Origin: the human T2T-CHM13v2.0 reference genome, Homo sapiens
DNA length: 64,000 bases
Strand: one strand, 5' to 3'
Assembly (NCBI RefSeq): GCF_009914755.1
Contig: NC_060946.1
The translations under genes and the position numbers were made by a program. Positions 27,541-39,000 of the stretch are shown here, piece after piece; position 1 is the stretch's first letter, and each line of letters starts with the position of its first letter. A model generated the notes under the pieces. That model was not told the DNA's origin. It did no database searches and worked only from the letters and a program-made list of their open reading frames with translations.

Positions 27541-28784
27541 ACTGCAGTCCACTTCACTCCACTCTAATCCATGCCACTCCATTCCTCTCCACTTCATTCC
27601 ATTCCATTCCACTCCATTCCAATCCACTCCACTCAATTCCACTCCACTCCAATCCACTCAACTCCAGTCCACTCCACTCTACATCACTCCATTATATTCA
27701 TTTCCATTCCTTCTCATTCTATTCCATTCCATTCCATTCCATTCCACTCCACTGCACTCCACTCCACTCCATTCCATTCGACTCCACTGCACTCCACTCC
27801 AGTTCATTCCACTCCACTCCATTCCACTCCATGCCTCTCTACTCCACTGCATTCCACTCCAATCCGTTTCACTCCACTCCACTCCATTCCATTCCATTCC
27901 ACTCCACTCCATTCCATTCGACTCCACTCCAATCCACTCCACTCCATTCCATTCCATTCCACTCCACTCCATTCCAATAAACTCCACTCCACTCCAATGC
28001 ACTCCATTCCATTAAATTCCATTCTTCTCCACTCCGTTCCATTCCATTCCATTCCTGTCTACTGCACTCCAATCCACTCCAATCCATTCCATTGCACTCC
28101 ACTCCACTCCATTCCTTTCCATTCCATTCCACTCCATTCCATTCCATTCCATTCCATTCCATTCCATTCCATTCCATTCCTTTCCATTCTGTTCCATTCC
28201 ATTCCATTCCACTACACTGCACTCTATTCTACGACATTCCACTCCATTCCTCTCCACTCCACTGCACTGCACTCCACTCCACTCTTTTGCATTACACTCC
28301 ATTCCATTTCACTGCACTGCGATCCATTCCACAGAACTGCACTCCACTCCACTGAGATCCATTTCTTTCCTTTCCGTTCCATTCCATTCCATTCCACTTC
28401 ATTCCATTCCACTCCACTCCAGTCCACCCCTCTCCATTTCACTCCATTCGACTCCATTCCCCTTCAATCCACTCCATTCCACTGCACTCCATTTCATTCC
28501 ACTCTAATTCATTCCATTGCTCTCCATTGTATTAAATTCAACGCCACTCCATTCCACTCCATTTCACTCCACCCCTTCCACTGTTCTCCATTCCACTCCA
28601 CTGCATTCTACTGCATTCCATTCCATTCCAATCCATTCCATACTATTGCATTCCACTGCATTCCATACCTTTCCACTCCACTCCTTTCCATTCCACTCCT
28701 TTACACTGTGTTCCTCTTTATTCCAATCCATTCCATTCCACTCCACTCCATTCTATTCCATTCTACTCCATTGCATTCCATTCC

Positions 28785-28848
28785 TTTATTTCGACTGGAT
28801 CTCACTCTGTCACCCAGATTGGACTGCAGTGGCACAATCTTAGCTCAC
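28785..28848 (-). mobile_element. 64-bp Alu 3'-end fragment (AluJ-like), antisense, embedded in HSat3 (copy 1)
   Basis: tttatttcgactggatctcactctgtcacccagattggactgcagtggcacaatcttagctcac aligns to antisense Alu ttttgagacagggtctcgctctgtcgcccaggctggagtgcagtggcgcgatc..gctcac, with the Alu CpGs decayed to CpA. Subfamily call is tentative. Confidence 0.92.
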
Positions 28849-30503
28849 ATTTCATTTCACCATTCCATCCATTCCATTCCTTTCCACTGCACTCCACTCC
28901 ACTCCACTCCATTCCATTCCACCGCACTCCATTCCAATCCATTCCATTCCATTCCATTCCATTCCATTCCATTCCAATGCACTCTGATCAACTCCATCAA
29001 CTCCACTCCACTCCACTTTAATCAATTCCACTCCATTCCATTGCACTCCATCCTACTGCACACCACTCCACTCCACACTGCTCCATTTCACTCCATTCCA
29101 CTCCATTCCCATCCACTCCACTCCACTGCCCTCCACTCCACTCCAATCCATTGCATTCCATTCCACTCCACTTCATTCCATTGCATTCCATTCCATTACA
29201 TTAGATTCTATTCCACTGCACTCCAATCCACTCCATTCAACTCCACTCCACTCCATTCCACTCCACTCCAATCCATTCCATTTCATTCTGTTCCCTGCCA
29301 TTCCATTTCATTCCATTCTACTCAATTCCACTACAATCAATTCTATTCCACTACATTCCATTCCATTCCCCTCCACTCCACTCCACTCCACTCCATTCTA
29401 TTCCGTTCCTCTCCACTCCACTCCATTCCACTCTACTCCATTCCATCCCATCCCATTCCATTGTATTCCATCCTATCCCATCCCATTCCATTCCATAACA
29501 TTCCATTCCATTCCATTCCACTGCATTTTGATCCACTCCACTCAATTCCACTCAACTCCACTCCATTCCACTCTGTTCCCTTCTGTTCCATTCCATTCTG
29601 TCCCATTCCATTCCATTCTGTTCCATTCCATTCCATTCCATTCCAATGGAGTCCATTCCATTCCACTGCATTCTTCTCCATTCCACTCCAATCCACTCCC
29701 CTCTACTGCACTCCACTCCAAGCCATTCCATTACATTCCACTGCACTCCGATGCACTCCACTCCACTCCATTCCAATCAATTTCATTCCATTCCACTCCA
29801 GTGCACTCCATTCCAATTCAATCAAATCCACTCCACTCCCCTCCACTCCGTTCCTTTCTGTTCCATTCCATTCCGTTCCATTCCTTTCCATTCTGTTCCT
29901 TTCCATTCCATTCCACTCCACTGCAATCTATTCAACGACATTCCCCTCCATTCCACTCCACTCCACTGCACTGCTTTCCACTGCACTCCATTCCGTTACA
30001 TTCCATTCCCTTTCACTGCACTCCGATCCACTCCACTGAACTACACTCCACTCCTCTCCACTGAGATCCATTTCTTTCCGTTCCATTCCCTTTCGTTCCA
30101 TTCCACTCCATTTCATTTCACTGCACTCCAGTCCATCCCTCTCCATTTCACTCCATTCGACTCCATTCCCCTTCAATCCACTCCACTGCACTTCACTCCA
30201 CTCCATTCCATTCCATTCCACTGCACTCCATTCCATTCCACTCCATTCCATTGCATTCCATGCTACTCGATTCCACTCCATTCCACTCCACTCCTTCCAC
30301 TCCTCTCCATTTCACTGCACTGCCTTCTACTCCATTCCATTCCATTCCTCTCCTTTCCATACCATTCCATTCCACTGCATTCCATTCCATTCCACTCCAT
30401 TCCATTCCGTTCCACTCCTTTACACTGCATTCCACTCTATTCCACTCCATTTCTTTCCACTCCACTGCATTCCATTCCATTCTACTCCATTGCTTTCCAT
30501 TCC

Positions 30504-30567
30504 TTTATTTCAACTGGATCTCACTCTGTCACCCAGACTGGACTGCAGTGGCACAATCTTAGCTCAC
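30504..30567 (-). mobile_element. 64-bp Alu 3'-end fragment (AluJ-like), antisense, embedded in HSat3 (copy 2)
   Basis: tttatttcaactggatctcactctgtcacccagactggactgcagtggcacaatcttagctcac is 62/64 identical to copy 1 and has the same breakpoints. Confidence 0.92.
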
Positions 30568-31080
30568 ATTTCATTTCACCATTTCATTTCATTTCCCCTG
30601 CACTCCACTCCACTTCACTCCATTCCCCTCCACTCCATTCCATTCCACCGCTCTCCATTCTAATCCATTCCATTCCACTCCTTTCCTATGCACTATGATC
30701 AACTCCATCAACTCCATTCCACTCCAATCCGTTCTGTTCCATTCCATTCCATTCCATTCCATTCCATTCCATTCCATTCTGTTCCATTCCATTCCATTCC
30801 ATTCCACTCCACTCCATTCCGTTGCACTCCACTCCACTCCATGTTGCTACATTTCACTCCACTCCATTCCATTTGACTCCACTCCTCTCCACTCCACTCC
30901 ATTCTATCCCATTCCTTTCAAATCCACTCCATTCCGTTGCACTCCTCTCCACTCCACTTCACTCCAATTGTCACCACTCCACTCCACTCCTTTCCATTCC
31001 ATTCCATTCCATTCCATTCCATTCCATTCCATTCCACTCCATTCCATTCCCTTCCATTCTGTTCCATTCCATTTCATTCC

Positions 31081-31110
31081 ACTGCACTCCAAACTTCACA
31101 TAAAAACTAG
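31081..31110. other. Direct HSat3 / alpha-satellite junction
   Basis: actgcactcc-aaa-cttcacataaaaactagacagaag, with at most ~3 bp intervening. Confidence 0.93.
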
Positions 31111-32127
31111 ACAGAAGATTTCTGAGAAACTTTTTTGTGATATGTGCATTCATCTCACAGAGTTTAACCGTTCTTTTGATTGAGCAGTTTGGTAAAAGTC
31201 TTGCAGTAGAATCTACAAAAGGATATTTGTGAGCGCTTTGAAGCCTGAGGTGAAAAAGGAAATATCTTCACAGAAAAACTAGAAAGATGGTTTCTGAGAA
31301 AGTGCTCTGTGATGTTTGAATTCATCTCACAGACTTGAATCTTTTTATTGATTTAGCATATTGGAAACAGTCTTTTTGTAGAATCTGCAAAGGGATATTT
31401 GTGTACACTTGGAGGCCAATGGTGAGAAAGGAAAAATCTTCACATGAATACTGGACAGAAGCTTTCTGAGAACTTCTGTTTTATGTGTGCATTCCTCTCA
31501 AACAGTTGAACCATTCTTTTGATTGAGCAGTTTGGAAACAGTCTTTTTGTAGAATCAGCAAAGGGATATTTGTGAGCGCTTTGAGTCCTATGGGGAAAAA
31601 GGAAATATTTTCACATAAAAACTCTACAGAAGGTTTCTGAGAAACTGCTTTGTAATGTGTGCATTCATCTCACAGAGGTAAATGTTTCTTTTCATTGAGT
31701 AGATGGGAAACTCTTTTCTTGTAGAATCTGCAAAGGGATATTTGTGAGCACTTTGAGGCTTATGGTGAAAAAGGAAATATCTTCATATAAAATGTAGACA
31801 GAAGCTTTCTGAGGAACATATTTGTGATTTATGCATTCATCTAATAGAGTTGAACCATTCTGTTTTTTTTTGGAGCTCTGGGTTTATTTTTTAATTATTT
31901 ACTTTTATTATTATTATACTTTAAGTTTTAGGGAACATGTGTACAACGTGCAGGTTTGTTACATATGTATACATGTGCCATGTTTGTGTGTTGCTCCCAT
32001 GAACTCATCATTTAGCATTAGGTATATCTCCTAATGCTATCCCTCCCCCTCCCCCTCCTCCCACCCAACTACAATCCCTGGTGTGTGGTGTGTGATGTTT
32101 CCCTTCCTGTCCATGTGTTCTCTTCGA

Positions 32128-32535
32128 TCAATTCCCAACTATGAGTGAGAACATGTGGTGTTTTATTTTTTGTCCTTGTGATAGTTCGCTGAGAATGATG
32201 GTTTCCAGCTTCATCCATGTCCCTACAAAAGACATGAACTCATCATTTTTTATGGCCGCATAGTGTTCCATGATGTATATGTGCCACATTTTCTTCATCC
32301 AGTCTATCGTGGTTGGACATTTACGTTGGTTCCAAGTCTTTGCTATTGTGAATAGTGCCGCTATAAACATACGTGTGCATGTGTCCTTATAGCAGCATGA
32401 TTTATAATCCTTTGGGCATATACCCAGTAATGGCATGGCTGGGTCAAGTGGTATTTCTAGTTCTGGATCCGTGAGGAATCGCCATGCCGACTTCCACAAT
32501 GGTTGAACTAGTTTACAGTCCCACCAACAGTGCAA
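32128..32535 (-). pseudogene. L1 ORF2p C-terminal fragment (end of cysteine-rich domain to stop codon)
   Basis: [15 protein letters not shown]...MFIAALFTIAKTWNQ...WMKLETIILS..MFSLIVGN* matches the ORF2p C-terminus. No promoter and not in frame with the upstream fragment. Confidence 0.93.
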
Positions 32536-32684
32536 AACTGTTCCTATTTCTCACATCCTCTCCAGCACCTGTTGTTTCCTGACTTTTTAATGATCGCCAT
32601 TCTAACTGGTGTGAGAAGGTATCTCATTGTGGTTTTGACTTGCATTTCTCTGATGGCCAGTGAAGAAGAGCATTTTTTCATTGT

Positions 32685-33036
32685 TCATTGGCAGCATAAA
32701 TGTCTTCTTTTGAGAAATGTCTGTTCATATACTTTGCCCACTTTTTGATGGGGTTGTTTGGTTTTTTTCCTGTAAATTTGTCTGAGTTCATTGTAGATTC
32801 TGGATATTAGCCCTGTGACAGATGAGTAGGTTGCAAAATTTTTCTCCCATTCTATAGAATTCCTGTTCACTCTGATGGTGGTTTCTTTAGCTGTGCAGAA
32901 GCTCCTTAGTTTAATGAGATCCCATTTGTCAATTGTGGCTTTTGTTGCCATTGCTTTAGGTGTTTTAGACATGAAGACCTTGCCCATGCCTATGTCCTGA
33001 ATGCTATTGCCTAGGTTTTCTTCTAGAGATTTTATG
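32685..33036 (-). pseudogene. L1 ORF2p fragment downstream of the RT domain, frameshifted
   Basis: [52 protein letters not shown]...[22 protein letters not shown]. The frame is lost after KKT. Confidence 0.92.
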
Positions 33037-36000
33037 TGACGCATTATTTTTATTAATCAGTTTGGATACTCTGTTGTTGTAGAATCTGCAAGGAGATATT
33101 TGTGAGCGCTTTGAGGCCTTTGGTGAAAAAGGAAATACCTTCACATAATAAATAGACAGAAGTTCTCTTAGAAACCTCCCTGTCATGTGTGCATTCATCT
33201 CACATAGTTGAAACAGTCTTTTGACTGAACAGTTTGAAAACTGTCAATTTGTAGAATCTGCAATGGGATATTTGTGAGCCCTTTGAGGCCTATGGTGAGA
33301 AAGGAAATATCTTCACATAAAAACTAGACAGAAGATTTCAGAGAAACCTCTTTGTGATGTGTGCATTCATCTCACAGAGGCGAACCATTCTTTTGATTGA
33401 GCAGTTTGTAAACAGACTTTTTGTAGAATCTGCAAAGGGATATTTGTCAGCTCTATGAGGCCTATGGTGAAAAAGGAAATATCTTCAATAAAAACTATAA
33501 AGAATGTTTCTGAGAAGCTGTTTTGCAAGGTGTGCACTCATCTCAGAGAGATAAAAGTTTCTATTCTTTGATGAGTCTGGAAACTCTGTTCTTCTAAAAT
33601 CTGCAAAGGGATATTTGTGAGTGGCTTGAGGCCTATGGTAAAAAAGGAAATGTCTTCACATAAAAACTACACAGAAGATTTCAGAGAAACTACTTTGTGA
33701 TATATGCATTCATCTCACAGAGTTGAACCATTCTTTTGATTGAGAAGTTTGGAAACAGTCTTTTCAGAGAATCTGCAAAGGGATATTTTGAGCGCTTTGA
33801 TAGGTATGGTGAAAAGGGAAATATCTTCACATAAAAAGTGGACAGAAGCTTTTGGAGAAACTTCTTTGTGATGTGTGCATTCATCTCACAGAGTTGAACC
33901 TTTCTTTTGATTGAGCAGTTTGAAAATAGTCCTTTTCTAGAATCTGCAGAGGGATATTTGTGAGCCCTTTATGGCCTAAGGAGAAATAGGAAATATCTTC
34001 ACATAAAAACTAGACAGAGGCATTCTGAGAAACTTCTTCATGAAGTGTGCTTTCATTTCACAGAGTTGAATCTCTCTTTTGATTGAGGAGTTTGGAAACG
34101 GCCTTTTTGCAGAATATGCAAATGGATATTTGGAGCACTTTGACGCCTATGGTGAAAAAGGAAATATCTTCACCTAAAAACTATACAGAAGCATTCTGAG
34201 AAACTTCTTTGTGATGTATGCATTCATCTCACAGAGTTGAAATTTTCTTCTGGTTGAGCAGTTTCAAAACAGTCCCTTTGTAGAATCTGCAAAGGGATAT
34301 TTGTGAACCCATTGAGGCCTATGGTGAAATAGGCAATATCTTCACATAAAAACTAGTCAGAAGATTTCTGAGAAACTTATTTGTGATGTGTGCTTTCATC
34401 TCACAGAGTTGAACGTTTCTTTTGATTGAGCAGTTTGGAAACACACTTTTTGTAGAATCTGCAAGTGTATATTTGGAGCACTATGAGGACTATGGTGAAA
34501 AAGGAAATATCTTCACATAAAAACTAGAAAGCAACATTCTATGAAACTTCTTTGTGATGTGTGCTTTCATCTCACAGAGTTGAACCTTTCTATTCATTGA
34601 GCAGTTTGGAAATGATCTTTTTGTAGCATCTGCAAATGGATATTTGGAGTGGTTTGAGGTCTTGGTGAGAAAGGAAATATCTTCACATAAAAACTAGACA
34701 GAAGCATTCTGAGAAACTTCTTGGTGACATGTGCATTTATAACACAGAGTTGATCCCTTCTTTTGATTAAACAGTTTGGTAACAGTCTTTTTGTAGTATC
34801 TGTAGAGGGATGTTGGCGAGCAGTTTGAGGCCTATGGTGAACAAAGAAATATCTTCACATAAAAACTAGTCAGAAGATTTCTGAGAAACTTCTTTGTGAT
34901 GGGTGAATTAATCTCAGAGTGTTGAACCTTTCTTTGGATGGAGCAGTTTGTAAACAATCCTTTTGTAGAATCTGCAAAGGTATATTTCTGAGCCCATTGA
35001 GGCCTATGGTGAAATATGAAATATCTTCCCATAAAAACTAGACAGAAGGTTTCTAAAAACTTCTTTGTGATGTGTGCTTCCATCTCACAGAGTTGAACCT
35101 TTCTTTTGATTGAGCAGTTTGGAAACCACCTTTTTGTAGAATCTGCAAATGGATATTTAGAGCACTTTGGGGCCTATGGTAAAAAAGGAAATATCATTAC
35201 ATAAAAATTCGATGGAAGCATTCTGTGAAATTTCTTTGTGAGGTTTTCATTCATCTCACACAGTTGAACATTTATTTGATTGAAGATTTGGAAACAGTAT
35301 TTTTGTAAAATCTACAAAGGGATAATTGTGAACCCTTTGAGGCCTATGGTGAAGTAGGAAATATCTTCACATAAAAATTACACAGAATCTTTCTGAGAAA
35401 CTATTTTGTGATGCTTGCATTCATCTCACAGAGTTGAACCTTTCCTTCGCTAGAGCAGTTTGGAAACAGTCCTATTGTAGAATCCCCAAAGGGATATTTC
35501 TCAGCCGATTGAGGTCTTTGGTGATATAGGAAATGTCTTCACATAAAGCTAGACAGAAGTTTCTGAGAAACTTATTTTTAATGAGTGCTTTCATCTCAAA
35601 GAGTTAAGCATTTCTTTTGACTGAGCAGTTTGGAAACACTCTTTTTGCATAATCTGCAAATGGATAATTGGAGCGTTTCGAGGCCTATGGTGAAAAAGCA
35701 AATATCTTCACATAAAAACTAAACAGAAGCTTTCTGAGAAACAACTTTGTAATGCGTGCATTCATCTCACAGCGTTGAAATCTTCTTTTGATTGGACAGT
35801 TTGTAAACAGTCTTTTTGTAGAATCTACAGATGGATATTTGGAGTGCTTTGAGGCCTATGGTAAAAAAGGAAATATCTTCACAAAAAAACTAGAAAGAAA
35901 CATTCTGAGAAACTTCTTTGTGATATGTGCTTTCATCTCACAGAGATGAACCTTTCTTTTCATTGAGCAGCTTGGAAACAGACTTTTTATCGAATCTGGA

Positions 36001-39000
36001 AATGCATATTTGGAGCACTTTGAGGCCTGGGGTGAAAAAGGAAATATCTTCAGATAAACACTAAACAGAAGCTTTCTGAGAAACTTCTTTGTGATGCGTG
36101 CATTCATATCACAGAGCTGAAACTTTCTTTCGATTTAGCAGTTTGTAAACAGTCTTTTGGTAGAATCTGCGAATGGATATTTTGAGCATGTTGAGGCCAA
36201 TGGTGAAAAAGGAAATATCTTCACAAAAAAACTACAAATATACATTCTGAGAAACTTCTTTGTGATGTGTGCTTTCACTTCACAGAGTTGAAACTTTCTT
36301 TTTATTGAGCAATTTGGAAACAGTCTTTTTGTGGAATCTGCAAATGGATATTTGGAGCACTTTGAGGCCTATGGTGAAAAAGGAAATATCTCACATGAAC
36401 CCTAGACAGAAGTATTCTGAGAAACTTCTTTGTCTTGTGTCCATTCATCTCACAGAGTTGAACCTTTCTTTGGATTGAGCAGTTTGGAAACAGTCTTATT
36501 GTAGAATCTGTGAAAAATATTTTTGAGCCCTTTATGGCCCATGGTGAAACAGGAAATATCCTCAAAGAAAAACTAGACAGAAGCTTTCTGAGAAACTTCT
36601 TTGTGATGCATGCTTTCAACACATGGAGTTGTACCTTTCTTTTGATTGAGCAGTTTGGAATGGGTTTTTTTGTGGAATCAGCAAATGGATGTTTGGAGCA
36701 CTTTGAGGCCTATGGTGAAAAAGTAAATACCTTCACATAAAAAACACACAGAAGCATTGTGAGAAACATCTCTGTGATGTCTGCATTCATTTCATACAGT
36801 TGAATCTTTCTTTGATTGGGGAGTTTAGAAACAGTCTTTTTGTCGAATCAGCAAATGGATGTTTGGAGCAGTTTGAGGCCTATGGTGAAAAAGGAAATAT
36901 CTTCACATAAAAAACAGACAGAAGGATTGTGAGGAACATCTATGTGATGTGTGCATTCATCTCATAGAGTTGAACCTTTCTTTGATTGAGCAGTTTGGAA
37001 ACAGTCATTTTGTAGAATCTACAAAGGGGTATTTCTGAGCCCATTGAAGCCTAGGGTGAAAAAGAAATGTCTTCACATAAAAACTAGATAGAAGCATTCT
37101 GATAAACTTCTTTGTGGTGTGTCCGCTCATCTCACAGAGTTGAAACTTTCTTTGGATTGAGCAGTTTGGAAACAGCCCTTTTGTAGAATTTACAAAAATA
37201 TTTGTGAGCACTATATGTCCCATGGTGAAATAGGAAATACCTTCACACAAAAACTAGACAGAAGCTTTCTGAGAAACTTCTTTGTGATGTTTGCTTCCGT
37301 GTCATAGGGTTGAACCTTACTTTTGATTGAGCAGTTTGGAAACACTCTTTTTGTAGAATGTACAAATGGGTATTTTGAGTGCTTTGAGGCCTATAGTGAA
37401 AAAAGAAATATTTTCACAGAAAAACTAGACAGATGTATTCTGCAAAACTTCTTTGTGAAGTGTGCATTCATCTCACAGAATTGAATCTTTCTTTGGATTC
37501 AGCAGTTTTCTAAACAGTCCTTTTGTAGAATCTGCAAAGAGATAATTCTGAGCCCACTGAGTCCTATGCTGAAAAAGGAAATATCTTCACACAAAAACCT
37601 AAGAACCAGACAGAAGCATTCTGAGAAACCTCTTTCTGGTGTGTGCATTCATCTCACAGAGTTGAACCTTTCTTTAGTTTGAACAGTTTGGAAACAGTCT
37701 TTTTTTTGAATATGCAAATGGATATTTGGGAGCCCTTTACAGCCTATGGTGAAATAGGAAATATCTTCACATAAAAACCAGACAGAAGCATTCTGAGAAA
37801 CTTCTTTGTGATGTGTGTATTCATCTCATAGAATTGAACATTTCTTTGGATGCAGCAGTTTGGAAACAGTCTTTTTGTAGTATCTGCAGAGGGATATTCA
37901 TGAGCAGTTTAAGGCCTATGGTTAAAACGGATATATCTTCACAGAAAACCTCGACAGATCCATTGTGAGAAACTTCTTTGAGATGTGTGCATTCATCTCA
38001 TAGAGTTGAACCTTTCTTTGGACTGAGCAGTTTTCTAAACAGACCTTTTGTAGAATCTACAAAGGGATACTTCTGAGCCCATTGAGGCCTATGGTGAAAA
38101 AGGAAATATCTTCACATGAAATCTTAACAGAAGCATTCTGAGAAACTTCTTTGTGATGTGTGCATTCATCTCACAGTGTTGAAACTTACTTTTGATTGAG
38201 CAGATTGGAAACAGTCTTTTTGTACAATCTGCAAAGGGATATTTCTGAGCCATTTGAGGCCTATTGTGAGATAAATATCTTCATATAAAAACTAGACAAA
38301 AGCATTCTAAGAAACTTCTTTGTAATGTGTGCATTCATCACACAGAGTTGAAACTTTCTTTTGATTGAGCAGTTTGGAGACAGTCTTTTTGTATAATATG
38401 CAAAAGGATATTTGTGAGCCCTTTCAGGCCTATGGTGAAATAGGGAATATCTTCACAAAACAAAAAACTAGACAAAAGCTTCCTGAGAAAATTCTTTGTG
38501 ATGTGTACTTTCATCTCACAGAGTTGAACTTTTCTTTTGATTGAGCAGTTTGGAAACATTCTTTTTGTAGAATCTGAAGATGGATATTTGCAGCATTACA
38601 GGCCTATGGTGAACAGGAAATTTCTTCACATAAAAACTAGACAGAAGCATTCTGAAAAACTTCCTTGTGATGTGTGCATTCATGTCACAGAGTTGAAACT
38701 TTCTTTGGATTGAGCAGTTTGGAAAGAGTCCTTTTGTAGAATCTGCAAAAGGATGTTTGTGAGCACATTGGAGCCTATGGTGAAATAGGAAATGTCTTCA
38801 CATAAAAACTAGACAGAAGCTTTCTGTAAAACTTCCTTGTGTTGTGTGCTTTCAACTCACAGAGTTGAACCTCTCTTTTGATTGAGCAGTTTGGAAACAC
38901 TCTTTTTGTAGAACTTGCAAAAGGATATTTGTAGTGCTTTGAGGCCTATGGTTAAAAAGAAAATATTTGCATATAAAAACTAGTCGGAAACTTTCTGGGA

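Larger units (their letters stand above)
1..31090 (+). repeat. Human Satellite 3-type (CATTC/GAATG)n pentamer array, diverged; open at the window start
   Basis: Continuous CCATT/CATTC pentamers with variants CATTCGA, GAGTC, CACTC and TATTC. The ATGATG-type motifs typical of HSat2 were not seen. The C-rich strand stays on + throughout. Confidence 0.96.
27541..31090 (+). repeat. HSat3 sub-domain C: highly diverged CACTC/CACTG-rich edge segment containing Alu fragments
   Basis: Dominated by cactc and ctgcactcc. ttcga and gagtc motifs are rare. Contains a ~1.71-kb tandem duplication. Confidence 0.78.
31863..33036 (-). mobile_element. 5'-truncated LINE-1 (primate L1PA, roughly L1PA3-5-like): end of ORF2, 3'UTR and A-tail
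   Basis: Antisense L1 3' end ttattatactttaagttttaggg...acaacgtgcaggtttgttacatatgtatacatgtgccatg...tttagcattaggtatatctcctaatgctatccc. Translations match the ORF2p C-terminus. Alpha monomer phase resumes after 33036. Confidence 0.97.

Noticed and set aside
27571-30039. 822-aa ORF and the many other HSIPF/HSTPL-rich plus-strand ORFs in 1-31 kb
   Set aside because: (CATTC)n and (CACTC)n contain no stop codon in any frame, so long overlapping low-complexity ORFs are expected. There is no domain content; the only non-repetitive peptide is the Alu fragment.
615-31153. MEWNG-repeat ORFs on the minus strand
   Set aside because: Direct translation of (GGAAT)n, which supplies ATG every pentamer and no stops. 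No evidence of coding function from sequence.
32041-32066. G-quadruplex-capable polypurine tract on the minus strand
   Set aside because: This is the standard L1 3'UTR G-rich tract and is explained by the L1 annotation.
31863-33036. Active or autonomous L1
   Set aside because: Only ~1.2 kb of the 3' end is present, lacking the 5'UTR, ORF1, EN and RT, and it is frameshifted.
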